A DNA stretch of 64,000 nucleotides, from the NCBI GenBank assembly GCA_044223005.1, contig JBGAML010000001.1:224001-288000 (forward strand), read 5' to 3'. The position numbers and the translations under genes were made by a program. The DNA comes from Candidatus Eiseniibacteriota bacterium. Its GTDB lineage: Bacteria; Eisenbacteria; RBG-16-71-46. The notes under the pieces are model-generated. The model was not told where the DNA came from. It did not search any database and saw only the letters and a list, made by a program, of their open reading frames with translations. This document shows, piece by piece, positions 29,681 through 38,259 of this stretch (position 1 is the stretch's first letter; every line of letters begins with the position of its first letter).

Positions 29681-31123
29681 ATGCGCATCCTCCACTGGTT
29701 CCGCAAGGACCTGCGGCTCGACGACAACACCGCGCTGTCCGAGGCCGCGCGCGACGCCGACGGCGAAGTCGTGCCGTTCTACGCCAGCGAGCCGTCGCTG
29801 CTTGGGCGGCCGGACATCGCCCCGGCGCGCGTGCGGTTCGTGCTGGAGGCGCTCGGCTCGCTGGACCGTGACCTGCGCGCACGCGGATCGTCGCTCGCGC
29901 TGGCGCACGGCGAGGCCACCGGCACCGTGGTCGCCGCCGCGCGCAGCGCCGGGGCCGACGCGGTCTACTGGAACGACGAGTACGAGCCCGTACTCCGCGG
30001 GCGCGACGACGCCGTCGAGCGCGAGCTCAAGGCCGCCGGCCTGCGCGTGCGGCGCTTCCACGACCGCCTGATCGTCCCGCCGGGCGCGGTCACCACGCGC
30101 GAGGGCGGCACCTACACCGTCTACACGCCGTTCCGGCGCGCCTGCGAGGCGCTGCCGGTCTCCGCGCCGCTGCCCGCGCCCGAGCGGCTCGCCGCGCACG
30201 TGCTGCCCACGCCGCCGCTCGCGTCGCTCGAGCGGCTCGGGTTCGCGCCGCCCGCGTCGGCGCCGTGGCCGGCCGGCGAAGCGGCCGCGCGGGCGCGACT
30301 GGCGGCGTTCGTCGCCGGGGCCGGCGCGAACGCTCCCGGGCTCGCGGGTTACGCCGAGCGGCGCGACGAGCCCTCGGTGCGCGCGACCTCGTGGCTCTCG
30401 GCGGACCTCAAGTTCGGTACGCTCGGCATCCGGCGCATCGTCGACACCGTCTCGCGCGCGGCCGACGCGCGCCCGGCGCTGCGACCGGCGGTGGAGAAGT
30501 ACGTCGCCGAGCTGCGCTGGCGCGACTTCTTCGCGCACGTGCTCTGGCACTTCCCGCACGTCGAGCGCGGCTGCTTCCGGCGCGAGTACGACGCGCTCGC
30601 GTGGAGCGGCAGCGACGCGCAGTTCGCCGCGTGGTGCGAGGGCCGCACCGGCTACCCGATCGTCGACGCGGGCATGCGCGAACTGCGCGCGACCGGCTTC
30701 GTCCACAACCGCGTACGCATGCTGGTGGCGTCGTTCCTGACCAAGGACCTGCTGATCGACTGGCGGCGCGGCGAACGCCACTTCATGCTCCACCTGCTCG
30801 ACGGCGACCTCGCCAGCAACAACGGCGGCTGGCAGTGGGCGGCCGGCACCGGCACGGACGCGGCGCCCTACTTCCGCATCTTCAATCCCGTCTCACAGGG
30901 CGAACGCTTCGACGCGGACGGCGCGTACGTGCGTCACTGGTGTCCCGAGCTGGCCGGGCTGCCCGCGTCGTGCCTGCACCGGCCGTGGACCGCGCCGCCG
31001 CTCGTGCTCGCGGAGGCCGGGGTCGTGCTGGGCGAAGCGTATCCGCACCCGATCGTGGATCACGGCGAGCAGCGCGAGCGGGCACTGGCGCTGTACCGCG
31101 CCGTGCGCGAGGACGGCGTGTGA
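29681..31123 (+). CDS. phrB: Deoxyribodipyrimidine photolyase (class I CPD type)
   Basis: WFRKDLRLDDN, YTVYTPF, WRDFF, GRTGYPIVDAGMR, HNRVRM, NNGGWQW and PYFRIFNP. Confidence 0.95.
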   Translation: MRILHWFRKDLRLDDNTALSEAARDADGEVVPFYASEPSLLGRPDIAPARVRFVLEALGSLDRDLRARGSSLALAHGEATGTVVAAARSAGADAVYWNDEYEPVLRGRDDAVERELKAAGLRVRRFHDRLIVPPGAVTTREGGTYTVYTPFRRACEALPVSAPLPAPERLAAHVLPTPPLASLERLGFAPPASAPWPAGEAAARARLAAFVAGAGANAPGLAGYAERRDEPSVRATSWLSADLKFGTLGIRRIVDTVSRAADARPALRPAVEKYVAELRWRDFFAHVLWHFPHVERGCFRREYDALAWSGSDAQFAAWCEGRTGYPIVDAGMRELRATGFVHNRVRMLVASFLTKDLLIDWRRGERHFMLHLLDGDLASNNGGWQWAAGTGTDAAPYFRIFNPVSQGERFDADGAYVRHWCPELAGLPASCLHRPWTAPPLVLAEAGVVLGEAYPHPIVDHGEQRERALALYRAVREDGV

Positions 31124-31797
31124 ACGAGACCGCCTCGCGCTGGCGGGCCGCGCTCGCGAGTGCGCTCCCGGACTTCGGCCTCGCGGCCGTGTTCCTGCTC
31201 GCGTGGATGGCCCCGGACCGGATCGCGCCGTGGGTGCCGCGCTGGGCGGTGCTCACCATGTTGCTCGAGTTCGTGGTCGTGCACTCGACCGGGTTCATGG
31301 GCGTGATCGCGTTCGGCCGCGACGGCGTCGGCCAGCAGGTCGGCATGCTCCTGCTGCTGAGCCTCGTCTACTCGGCCCTCGTCGCCGGTTTCGCGGCCGG
31401 CTTCCACGAGTGGTGGATGTTCGGCTCGTTCTGGCTGCTCACCGCCAACCGGCTGAGCGGCATCCTCGCCCACCGCGAACCGGGCAACGGCCGCGGCATC
31501 GACGCGTTCGTGATCGGCTGGGCCGCGAGCACGCTCTTCTACCTGCTGGGTGCCGTGCTCACCGCCGCGCTGGCGGTGCCGCGCTTCGGCCTCGCGGACC
31601 CCGCCGTGATCCGCGCCATGCACCTGGAAGGCGGCGGGCTCTGGGTCGAGGAGCCCTGGCGCGTGCTCGCGTTCGGCTCGCTCTACTTCACCGCGGTCGG
31701 GCTGTTCGAGCTCTTCGCCTTCGTGCTCGTGCACCGCAAGGCCGTGGCCCGCCGCGCGCTCCGCGGCTCGCGCGGCGTGATGGGCCCGCCGCGCTGA
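31120..31797 (+). CDS. Hypothetical membrane protein (paralogue 1)
   Basis: About 6 TM; ALPD...LTMLLEFVVVHSTGFMG...GLWVEEPWRVLAFG; GTGA overlap with the photolyase stop. Confidence 0.75.
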   Translation: MNETASRWRAALASALPDFGLAAVFLLAWMAPDRIAPWVPRWAVLTMLLEFVVVHSTGFMGVIAFGRDGVGQQVGMLLLLSLVYSALVAGFAAGFHEWWMFGSFWLLTANRLSGILAHREPGNGRGIDAFVIGWAASTLFYLLGAVLTAALAVPRFGLADPAVIRAMHLEGGGLWVEEPWRVLAFGSLYFTAVGLFELFAFVLVHRKAVARRALRGSRGVMGPPR

Positions 31798-31844
31798 ACG
31801 GCCCGCCCTTGCAGCCGCGGCCGCAACCGGCCGATGACGGAGCC

Positions 31845-32510
31845 ATGAACGCTTCCGATCGCCTGCTCGACGACACCGCCTCGCCGCTGCCGGCGCGGTG
31901 GGCCAACGCGCTCCCCGATCTCGCGCTCGCGGTGGCGTTCGCGGCGACGTGGATCGCGCCGACGCGCTTCGCGCCCGGCTGGGTGCGCTGGGCGCTGCTC
32001 ACCATGCTGCTCGAGTTCGTCGTGATCCACTCCGCGGCGTTCATGGGCCAGATGCTCTTCAGCGACGGCGCCCCCGCGCGACGGGCGCTGCGCATCGTCG
32101 GCCTGGGCGCGTTCTACACGCTGTTCGTGATCGGCTTCGCGCTCGGCTTCCACTCGTGGTGGCCGCTCGTCTCGTTCTGGCTGCTGACGCTGAACCGCAT
32201 GACCGTCGTCTGGTTCCGCCCGGCGCCCGGCGCCCGCGAGCGCGAGATGCTCAACGCCACGTGGGCGGCGCACTGCCTCTGCTACCTCGCCGGCGTGTTC
32301 GTCACGACCCCGTTCCCCGTCCCGCGGCTCGGCTTCACGCCTGCGTTCGTGAGCTCGCTCGCGCTGCCCGGGAGCGGACTGTGGATCCAGCAGCCCTGGC
32401 GCGTGATCGCGTTCGGTGCGATCTACTTCGCGTCGGTCGCCGCGTTCGAACTCACGAACTACCGCTGGCTGATCCGCGCCGGCGCGAAGGCCGCGACACC
32501 CGCCGCCTGA
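31845..32510 (+). CDS. Hypothetical membrane protein (paralogue 2)
   Basis: ALPD...LTMLLEFVVIHSAAFMG...GLWIQQPWRVIAFG, collinear with the preceding gene. Confidence 0.75.
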   Translation: MNASDRLLDDTASPLPARWANALPDLALAVAFAATWIAPTRFAPGWVRWALLTMLLEFVVIHSAAFMGQMLFSDGAPARRALRIVGLGAFYTLFVIGFALGFHSWWPLVSFWLLTLNRMTVVWFRPAPGAREREMLNATWAAHCLCYLAGVFVTTPFPVPRLGFTPAFVSSLALPGSGLWIQQPWRVIAFGAIYFASVAAFELTNYRWLIRAGAKAATPAA

Positions 32511-32515
32511 TCCGC

Positions 32516-32540
32516 GCGCCGTCCACGCCGTGGACGGCGC
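32516..32540 (+). terminator. Hairpin after the paralogue pair (possible terminator, no U-tract)
   Basis: GCGCCGTCCAC-GCC-GTGGACGGCGC 11-bp stem. Confidence 0.4.
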
Positions 32541-32640
32541 TCCCGCGCGTACACGACGCGTCCCCGCGATCCGCGCACGCGCGCTCCGTCGACACCGGCG
32601 TACACGCGTTCGCGCCCCGCGTTTCCGGATGCGGATTGTC

Positions 32641-32669
32641 TTGACGCCGCCGCAGCGCGCTCGCATGGT
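32641..32669 (+). promoter_or_regulatory. sigma70-type promoter
   Basis: TTGACG-N17-CATGGT. Confidence 0.5.
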
Positions 32670-32711
32670 GCGCGCGCCCTGCCTCCGGGGTGACGAGGGG
32701 AGGTGAGGTTC

Positions 32712-33077
32712 ATGAAGCAGGGTCGCATGCTCCTCCTGCTGGCGCTGGCCGCCGCGTTCGTCGCGACGGCGTTGCCGCAGGCGCCGGCGACGGCCGCGAC
32801 GCGTCACGCGTCCGCGGCATCGACGAGCGCGCCGAAGAAGGGCGCGTCGCTCCGTCAGTTCACGGGTGTCGTCACGGCCGTCGACAAGAGCTCGCTCACC
32901 GTGCAGAAGAGCGGCCGCGAAGCACGCAGCATGGTGTTCGCGCGGCTGCCCGAGACGCGCACGACGGGCGAGATCGAGAAGGACGCCCGCGTCACGGTGT
33001 GGTACCGCGACGAAGGCGGCCATCCGGTCGCGCACCGCGTGGTCGTGAAGACCGCGACGCGCGGGGCGGAAGGCTGA
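32712..33077 (+). CDS. Small secreted protein, probable OB-fold-like beta domain
   Basis: Signal peptide; FTGVVTAVDKSSLTV...VTVWYR...AHRVVV; strong GGAGGT RBS. Confidence 0.65.
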   Translation: MKQGRMLLLLALAAAFVATALPQAPATAATRHASAASTSAPKKGASLRQFTGVVTAVDKSSLTVQKSGREARSMVFARLPETRTTGEIEKDARVTVWYRDEGGHPVAHRVVVKTATRGAEG

Positions 33078-33137
33078 GCCAGGACGCACGCGGGCCGGGC
33101 GCGGCGAGGGCGCCCGGCCCGCGATGCGTGCGGCGCG

Positions 33138-33761
33138 TCAGCGGTGGAGCACCAGCCCCGCGCGGAAGGCGTCGGTGCGCAGCGCGCCGGCGGCCGTGTC
33201 CAGCCAGCGGGAGGTCCAGCCGAGGTCGAGATCCGCGAGTGCGAGCCCGGAGGGAACTCGTATGCCGGCCGCGGCTGCGACGACCGGATGGGCGGAGCGG
33301 CCACCGCCGGCCGTCGAAACCGTCGGCGGGAATCGCGACGAATCCTCCCAGCGCGTGGAGCCCTGCCGAAGCCAGCCCACGCCTCCCGCGAGCCCGGCGT
33401 AGCCCGAGAGCACGCGGTGCGATGGCAGCGCCGCGTGCGCCTCGAACCCGAGCTGCGCGGTCGTGAGTCCGAAGGGTTCCGAGCCGAGCCACCGAACCTC
33501 GGGAATCGTTACCCAACCGCCGCCGGTGGCGAACCGGTCGTGCGAGACGCCCGCGATCAGGCGCACGGCCGGCGCGACCGCGTAGCCGAGCGCCACGTCG
33601 AACGTCGAGCCGTCGACCGGCATCCCGGCGCCGGCCGAGGAGACGAGCGTCGGGTGGCTGGCGCCGCCGGAGACGCGAAGGGACCATTCGCCTGGCGTCG
33701 AAGCCGCGACCGGAATCGACGCGGTGAGTAGAAGGACGAGAACGGGCAGGTGAATCCGCAT
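33138..33761 (-). CDS. Putative small outer-membrane beta-barrel protein
   Basis: GGAGGAGG RBS, signal peptide and alternating amphipathic strands (YAGLAGGVGW, AAAGIRV, FRAGLVL). Confidence 0.6.
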   Translation of the reverse strand: MRIHLPVLVLLLTASIPVAASTPGEWSLRVSGGASHPTLVSSAGAGMPVDGSTFDVALGYAVAPAVRLIAGVSHDRFATGGGWVTIPEVRWLGSEPFGLTTAQLGFEAHAALPSHRVLSGYAGLAGGVGWLRQGSTRWEDSSRFPPTVSTAGGGRSAHPVVAAAAGIRVPSGLALADLDLGWTSRWLDTAAGALRTDAFRAGLVLHR

Positions 33762-33891
33762 GGATCGGCCTCCTCCAGCAAAGTGCCGTCGTCGCCGACG
33801 CGGAGCGCGGCGAACCGGCGGTGGCCCGGTCGGCGTACCGGTTCCTACCCGCGGCCGCCGGTGCGGGTTCCCTCGGCGGGCGTCCGGCGCG

Positions 33892-34692
33892 TCAATCCGC
33901 GGGCGCGAGGACCTGCGCCAGGCGGCTCCGCAGCGCCTGCACCATGGCTCGCGTCTCGGTGTCCGGCTCCACGCCGAGCTGGTGCTCCAGCTCGTGCTCG
34001 AGCGCGCGCAGGTGCTGCAGCGCCGCGGCCGGGCGCCCGGCGCGCTCGTAGAGCCGCGCGCACTCGCGGTGCGCGTCCTCGTCGAGCGGGTCGATCCGCA
34101 CCCGGCGCCAGGCACACTCGAACGCTTCGCCGAGCTCGCCCACGGCCTCGTGGTGCCGCACGAGCTCGTGCAGCGCGGCATCGCACTCGGCGGAGATCCG
34201 CTCGCGCGACGCCACGGCCCAGTCGTACGCGAGCCCCGGCAGCAGCGGCGCGTTCGCGATCGTGACGGCGCGCTGCAGGTGCGCGATGCGGGCGTCGCCG
34301 TGCGAGGTGTGCGCGTCGTGCAGCGCCTGCTCGAACTCGCCGACGTCGGTGACGAGGTGTTCGCGGTCGAGCCACACGGTCTCGCGGCTCGCGAACACGA
34401 ACTCGCACTCGTGCGGGGACTCGAGTCGGCGACGCAGTTCGGAGAGCGACTGGCTCAGGTTCTGGCGGCCGGCCGCGGGCTCCGCTCCGGGCCAGAGCAT
34501 GTCGATCAACTCGTCGCGCCGGTGCGCGCGCGGGTTGAGCGCCAGCCGCGCAAGCAGTATCGCGGCGCGGCGAGTACGGAACTCGCTCACGACCGTGCGC
34601 CCGCGGCGCGCGCGAATACCCCCCAACAGTTCGATGCGCCACGGTGCCGTCCGCGGGGTTCCGCCCGATTCGGCGGGAGAGCGGTGGACCAT
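33892..34692 (-). CDS. Stand-alone SARP/BTAD-domain transcriptional regulator
   Basis: IELLGGIR, RDELIDMLWP, NLSQSLSELRRRL, TDVGEFE, DPLDE.AHR, LGVEPDTET. Confidence 0.85.
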   Translation of the reverse strand: MVHRSPAESGGTPRTAPWRIELLGGIRARRGRTVVSEFRTRRAAILLARLALNPRAHRRDELIDMLWPGAEPAAGRQNLSQSLSELRRRLESPHECEFVFASRETVWLDREHLVTDVGEFEQALHDAHTSHGDARIAHLQRAVTIANAPLLPGLAYDWAVASRERISAECDAALHELVRHHEAVGELGEAFECAWRRVRIDPLDEDAHRECARLYERAGRPAAALQHLRALEHELEHQLGVEPDTETRAMVQALRSRLAQVLAPAD

Positions 34693-34794
34693 GACGGCGC
34701 CATCATACCGCCCACGCGAACACGGCACCGCGATTTCGCGCGAATATCGGCTGGTGAGAGAACGGCGCGCGTGGGGCGCGCCGTTCTCCGCCCG

Positions 34795-37700
34795 TCACAC
34801 GGCCGTCGAGCGTGCGCGCTCGCGCTTCCACTGCGACCAACGCCAGTACGTGTACACGACCGGAATGATTTCGAGCGTGAGGAACGCCGACGTGAAGAGC
34901 CCGCCCACCATCGGCGCCGCGACGCGCTTCATGACGTCCGCGCCCGCCCCGTGTGACCACAGCAGCGGTACGAGCCCGATCATCATGGTCGCGACCGTCA
35001 TCAGCTTGGGCCGCACGCGCTGCACGGAACCCTCCAGCGTCGCCTCCACGATGTCGTCCAGCCCGCGGATGCGGCCTTCGCGCTTCCAACGCAGGTAGGC
35101 CGCGTCGCAATAGACGAGCATGACCACGCCGGTCTGCGCCGCGAGCCCCACGAGCGCGATGATGCCGACCCAGGTCGCGGTCGAGAGGTTGTCGTGGCGG
35201 ATCGCCATGAGCCACACGCTGCCCACGAGCGCGAACGGTACCGACGCGAGCACGATCAGCGCCGGGACGAGGCCGCCGAAGTTGAGGTACAGCAGCAGCA
35301 GCACGAGCACGAGCGTGAGCGGCACGAGCACGCGCATGCGCGCCTGCATCTCCTGCAGCAGCTCGTACTGCCCCGTCCACTTGAGGAAGTAGCCGGACGG
35401 TAGCCGCACGTCGCGCGCGACGGCGCGCTTGGCGGCGTCGACGTACGAGCCGATGTCCTTGCGGCCCGCGTCCATGTCGACGTAGACGTAACCGGTCAGC
35501 ATCCCGCCCTCGTCGCGGATCATCGGCGGCCCGCCGGCGATGCGGATCTGCGCGACCTGGCCGAGCGGCACGTGCGGCCCGCTCGGCTCGACCCACGGCA
35601 CGGCGCTCGTCGCGTCGGTGGGGCCCGGCGGCAGTTCGTTGCCCCGGCCCGCCACGCCGCCCATGCCGGCGCTCCCGCCCATGCCGGCGCCGGAACCGCC
35701 GCCCATCGGCGGATCGCCGTCCATGTCGGACGTTCCCGCCGAGGCGAGCCACGCATCGCGATCGATGCGCGCCGGACCACCCGGTGCCGCGTCACTCATG
35801 CCGCCGCCGGAGGCCGCAGCTTCGCCGTGCAGCGGCACGAGCACGTGCTTGAGCCGCTCGACGTCCTGCCGCAGCGCGCGCGGATAGCGGACGCTGATCG
35901 TGAACCGGTCGCGACCCTCCACCGTGGTCTCGATCGGCTGCCCGCCCACCGCGGCCTCGATCACGTCCTGCACCTCGCCGAGCGTCAATCCGTAGCGCGC
36001 GAGCGCCGCGCGGTCGGGAACGATGTCGAGGTAGAACCCGCCCGTGTTGCGATCCGAGTAGACGCTGCGCGTGTCGGGCAGGCGCGAGAGCGTGTGCTCG
36101 AGGTCCAGGCCGATCCGCTCGATCGTGTCGAGGCTCGCGCCGAACACTTTCACGCCGATCGGCGTGCGGATGCCGGTCGAGAGCATGTCGATGCGCGTCT
36201 TGATCGGCAGCGTCCACGCGTTGGTCCAGCCCGGCAGCTGCACGACGCGGTTCAGCTCCTCGGTCAGCTCGGCGTTCGTCATGCGGTGCCGGTCCGGCCA
36301 CAGCGGCCGGAACACGGGCTTCAACCACCCCGGCGCCCACGCGGAGTACCAGCGCGTCGTCTCCACCATGCGCCACTGGTCGCGAGGCTTCAGCTGCACG
36401 ACCGTCTCGGCCATCGAGAGCGGCGCGGGATCCGTCGCGGTCTCCGCGCGGCCCGCCTTGCCGAACACCGTCGCGACCTCGGGCACCGAACGGATCAGCC
36501 GGTCCTGCACCTGCAGCGAGCGCTTGGCCTCCTCGATCGAAATGTTGGGCAGCGTCGTCGGCATGTAGAGCAGGTCACCCTCGTCCAGCGCCGGCATGAA
36601 CTCGTGCCCGAGCCGCAGCGCCATCGGCACCGTGGCGATCACCGCGAGCAGCCCGATCGCCAGCGTCGTGCGAGGGTTCTTGAGCGCCACCCAGGCGAAT
36701 GGGCGGTAGAGTCCGATCACCGCGCGCGAGACAGGATGGTCCGCCTCGTGCCGGATCTTGCCGCGCACGAACAGCGTCATGAGCGCCGGTGCCAGCGTCA
36801 CCGAAACGAGCGCCGCGAACGCCATCGCGAACGTCTTGGTGTACGCGAGCGGCTTGAACAGCCGGCCGGCCTGGCCGTTCAGCCCGAAGATCGGCAGGAA
36901 CGCCACCGTGATGACGAGCAGCGAGAAGAAGATCGGCGGTCCGACCTCCTTCGCGGCGTCGACGATCACGCGCTTGCGGTCGGCGCCCGGGGGCGCCGTC
37001 TCGAGGTGCTTGTGCGCGTTCTCGACCAATACGATCGCCGCGTCGACCATGGCGCCGATCGCAATCGCGATGCCGCCGAGGCTCATGATGTTCGAGTTCA
37101 CACCGAGCAGCAGCATGGGCACGAAGGCGAGCCCGACCGCGACGGGCAGCGCGAGCACCGGCACCAGCGTGCTGCGGACGTGCAGGAGGAACAGCAGGAT
37201 CACGAGCGCGACGACGATCGCCTCCTCCAGCAGCGTATGCCTCAGGGTGCCGATCGCCCGCCGGATCAGCTGTGAGCGATCGTAGACGACCTTCACCTCG
37301 ACGCCGGGCGGCAGCGAGGGTTTCAGCTCGTCGAGCTTCTGCTTCACGCGCTCGATCACCGCGAGCGCGTTCTCGCCGTAGCGCATCACCACCGTGCCGC
37401 CGACGGCCTCGCCCTCGCCGTCCAGCTCCGAGAGGCCGCGGCGGATGTCGGGCCCGAACGACACGGTGCCCACGTCGCCGACGCGGATGGGCGTCCCGGT
37501 GCGCCGGTCGACGCCGAGCGCGACCTGCCGCAGGTCGTCGAGGCTGCGGACGTAGCCGCGGCCGCGCACGAAGTACTCGCGCCCCGACATCTCGATCACG
37601 CGGCCGCCGACATCGGCGTTGCTGCGCCGGATGGCGTTGGTGACGCTGGCGAGCGAGAGCCCGTACGCGTGCAGGTGATCCGGGTCGACCTCGACCTGGT

Positions 37701-38259
37701 ACTGCTTCTGGTAGCCGCCGACCGACGCGACCTCCGCGACGCCCGGTACGCTGGCGAGCGCGTAGCGCAGGTGGAAGTCCTGGTACGTGCGCAGGTCGGC
37801 GAGGTCGTGCTGGCCCGAACGGTCGACCAGCGCGTACTGGAAGATCCAGCCGACCGAGGTCGCGTCCGGCCCGATCTGCGGGTTGACGCCCGCGGGCAGG
37901 CGCGAGCGGATGCTGCTCATGTACTCGAGCACGCGGCTGCGCGCCCAGTAGAGGTCGGTGCCCTCGCGGAACACCACGTAGACGAAGCTCATGCCGAACA
38001 TCGACTGCCCGCGCACGGCCTCGACGCGTGGGGCGCCGAGCAGCGACGACACGATCGGGTACGTGACCTGGTCCTCGACCAGGTCCGGGCTCCGCCCCAT
38101 CCACTCGGTGAACACGATCACCTGCGGATCGGAGAGGTCCGGGATCGCGTCGAGCGGCACGTGGCGAATGGCGACGACCGAGCCCGCGACGACGGCGATC
38201 GTCGCGAGGAACACGAGTACGCGGTGCGTCGCGCACCATTCGATGACGCGGCCGATCAC
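34795..38259 (-). CDS. cusA: CusA/CzcA-family heavy-metal (Cu+/Ag+) RND efflux transporter
   Basis: LDAIPDLSD, GPDATSVGWIFQY, IAIGAMVDAA and RVRPKLMT; Met triad context LLYMP / PAPLSM / RIDMLSTG. Confidence 0.95.
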   Translation of the reverse strand: MIGRVIEWCATHRVLVFLATIAVVAGSVVAIRHVPLDAIPDLSDPQVIVFTEWMGRSPDLVEDQVTYPIVSSLLGAPRVEAVRGQSMFGMSFVYVVFREGTDLYWARSRVLEYMSSIRSRLPAGVNPQIGPDATSVGWIFQYALVDRSGQHDLADLRTYQDFHLRYALASVPGVAEVASVGGYQKQYQVEVDPDHLHAYGLSLASVTNAIRRSNADVGGRVIEMSGREYFVRGRGYVRSLDDLRQVALGVDRRTGTPIRVGDVGTVSFGPDIRRGLSELDGEGEAVGGTVVMRYGENALAVIERVKQKLDELKPSLPPGVEVKVVYDRSQLIRRAIGTLRHTLLEEAIVVALVILLFLLHVRSTLVPVLALPVAVGLAFVPMLLLGVNSNIMSLGGIAIAIGAMVDAAIVLVENAHKHLETAPPGADRKRVIVDAAKEVGPPIFFSLLVITVAFLPIFGLNGQAGRLFKPLAYTKTFAMAFAALVSVTLAPALMTLFVRGKIRHEADHPVSRAVIGLYRPFAWVALKNPRTTLAIGLLAVIATVPMALRLGHEFMPALDEGDLLYMPTTLPNISIEEAKRSLQVQDRLIRSVPEVATVFGKAGRAETATDPAPLSMAETVVQLKPRDQWRMVETTRWYSAWAPGWLKPVFRPLWPDRHRMTNAELTEELNRVVQLPGWTNAWTLPIKTRIDMLSTGIRTPIGVKVFGASLDTIERIGLDLEHTLSRLPDTRSVYSDRNTGGFYLDIVPDRAALARYGLTLGEVQDVIEAAVGGQPIETTVEGRDRFTISVRYPRALRQDVERLKHVLVPLHGEAAASGGGMSDAAPGGPARIDRDAWLASAGTSDMDGDPPMGGGSGAGMGGSAGMGGVAGRGNELPPGPTDATSAVPWVEPSGPHVPLGQVAQIRIAGGPPMIRDEGGMLTGYVYVDMDAGRKDIGSYVDAAKRAVARDVRLPSGYFLKWTGQYELLQEMQARMRVLVPLTLVLVLLLLYLNFGGLVPALIVLASVPFALVGSVWLMAIRHDNLSTATWVGIIALVGLAAQTGVVMLVYCDAAYLRWKREGRIRGLDDIVEATLEGSVQRVRPKLMTVATMMIGLVPLLWSHGAGADVMKRVAAPMVGGLFTSAFLTLEIIPVVYTYWRWSQWKRERARSTAV

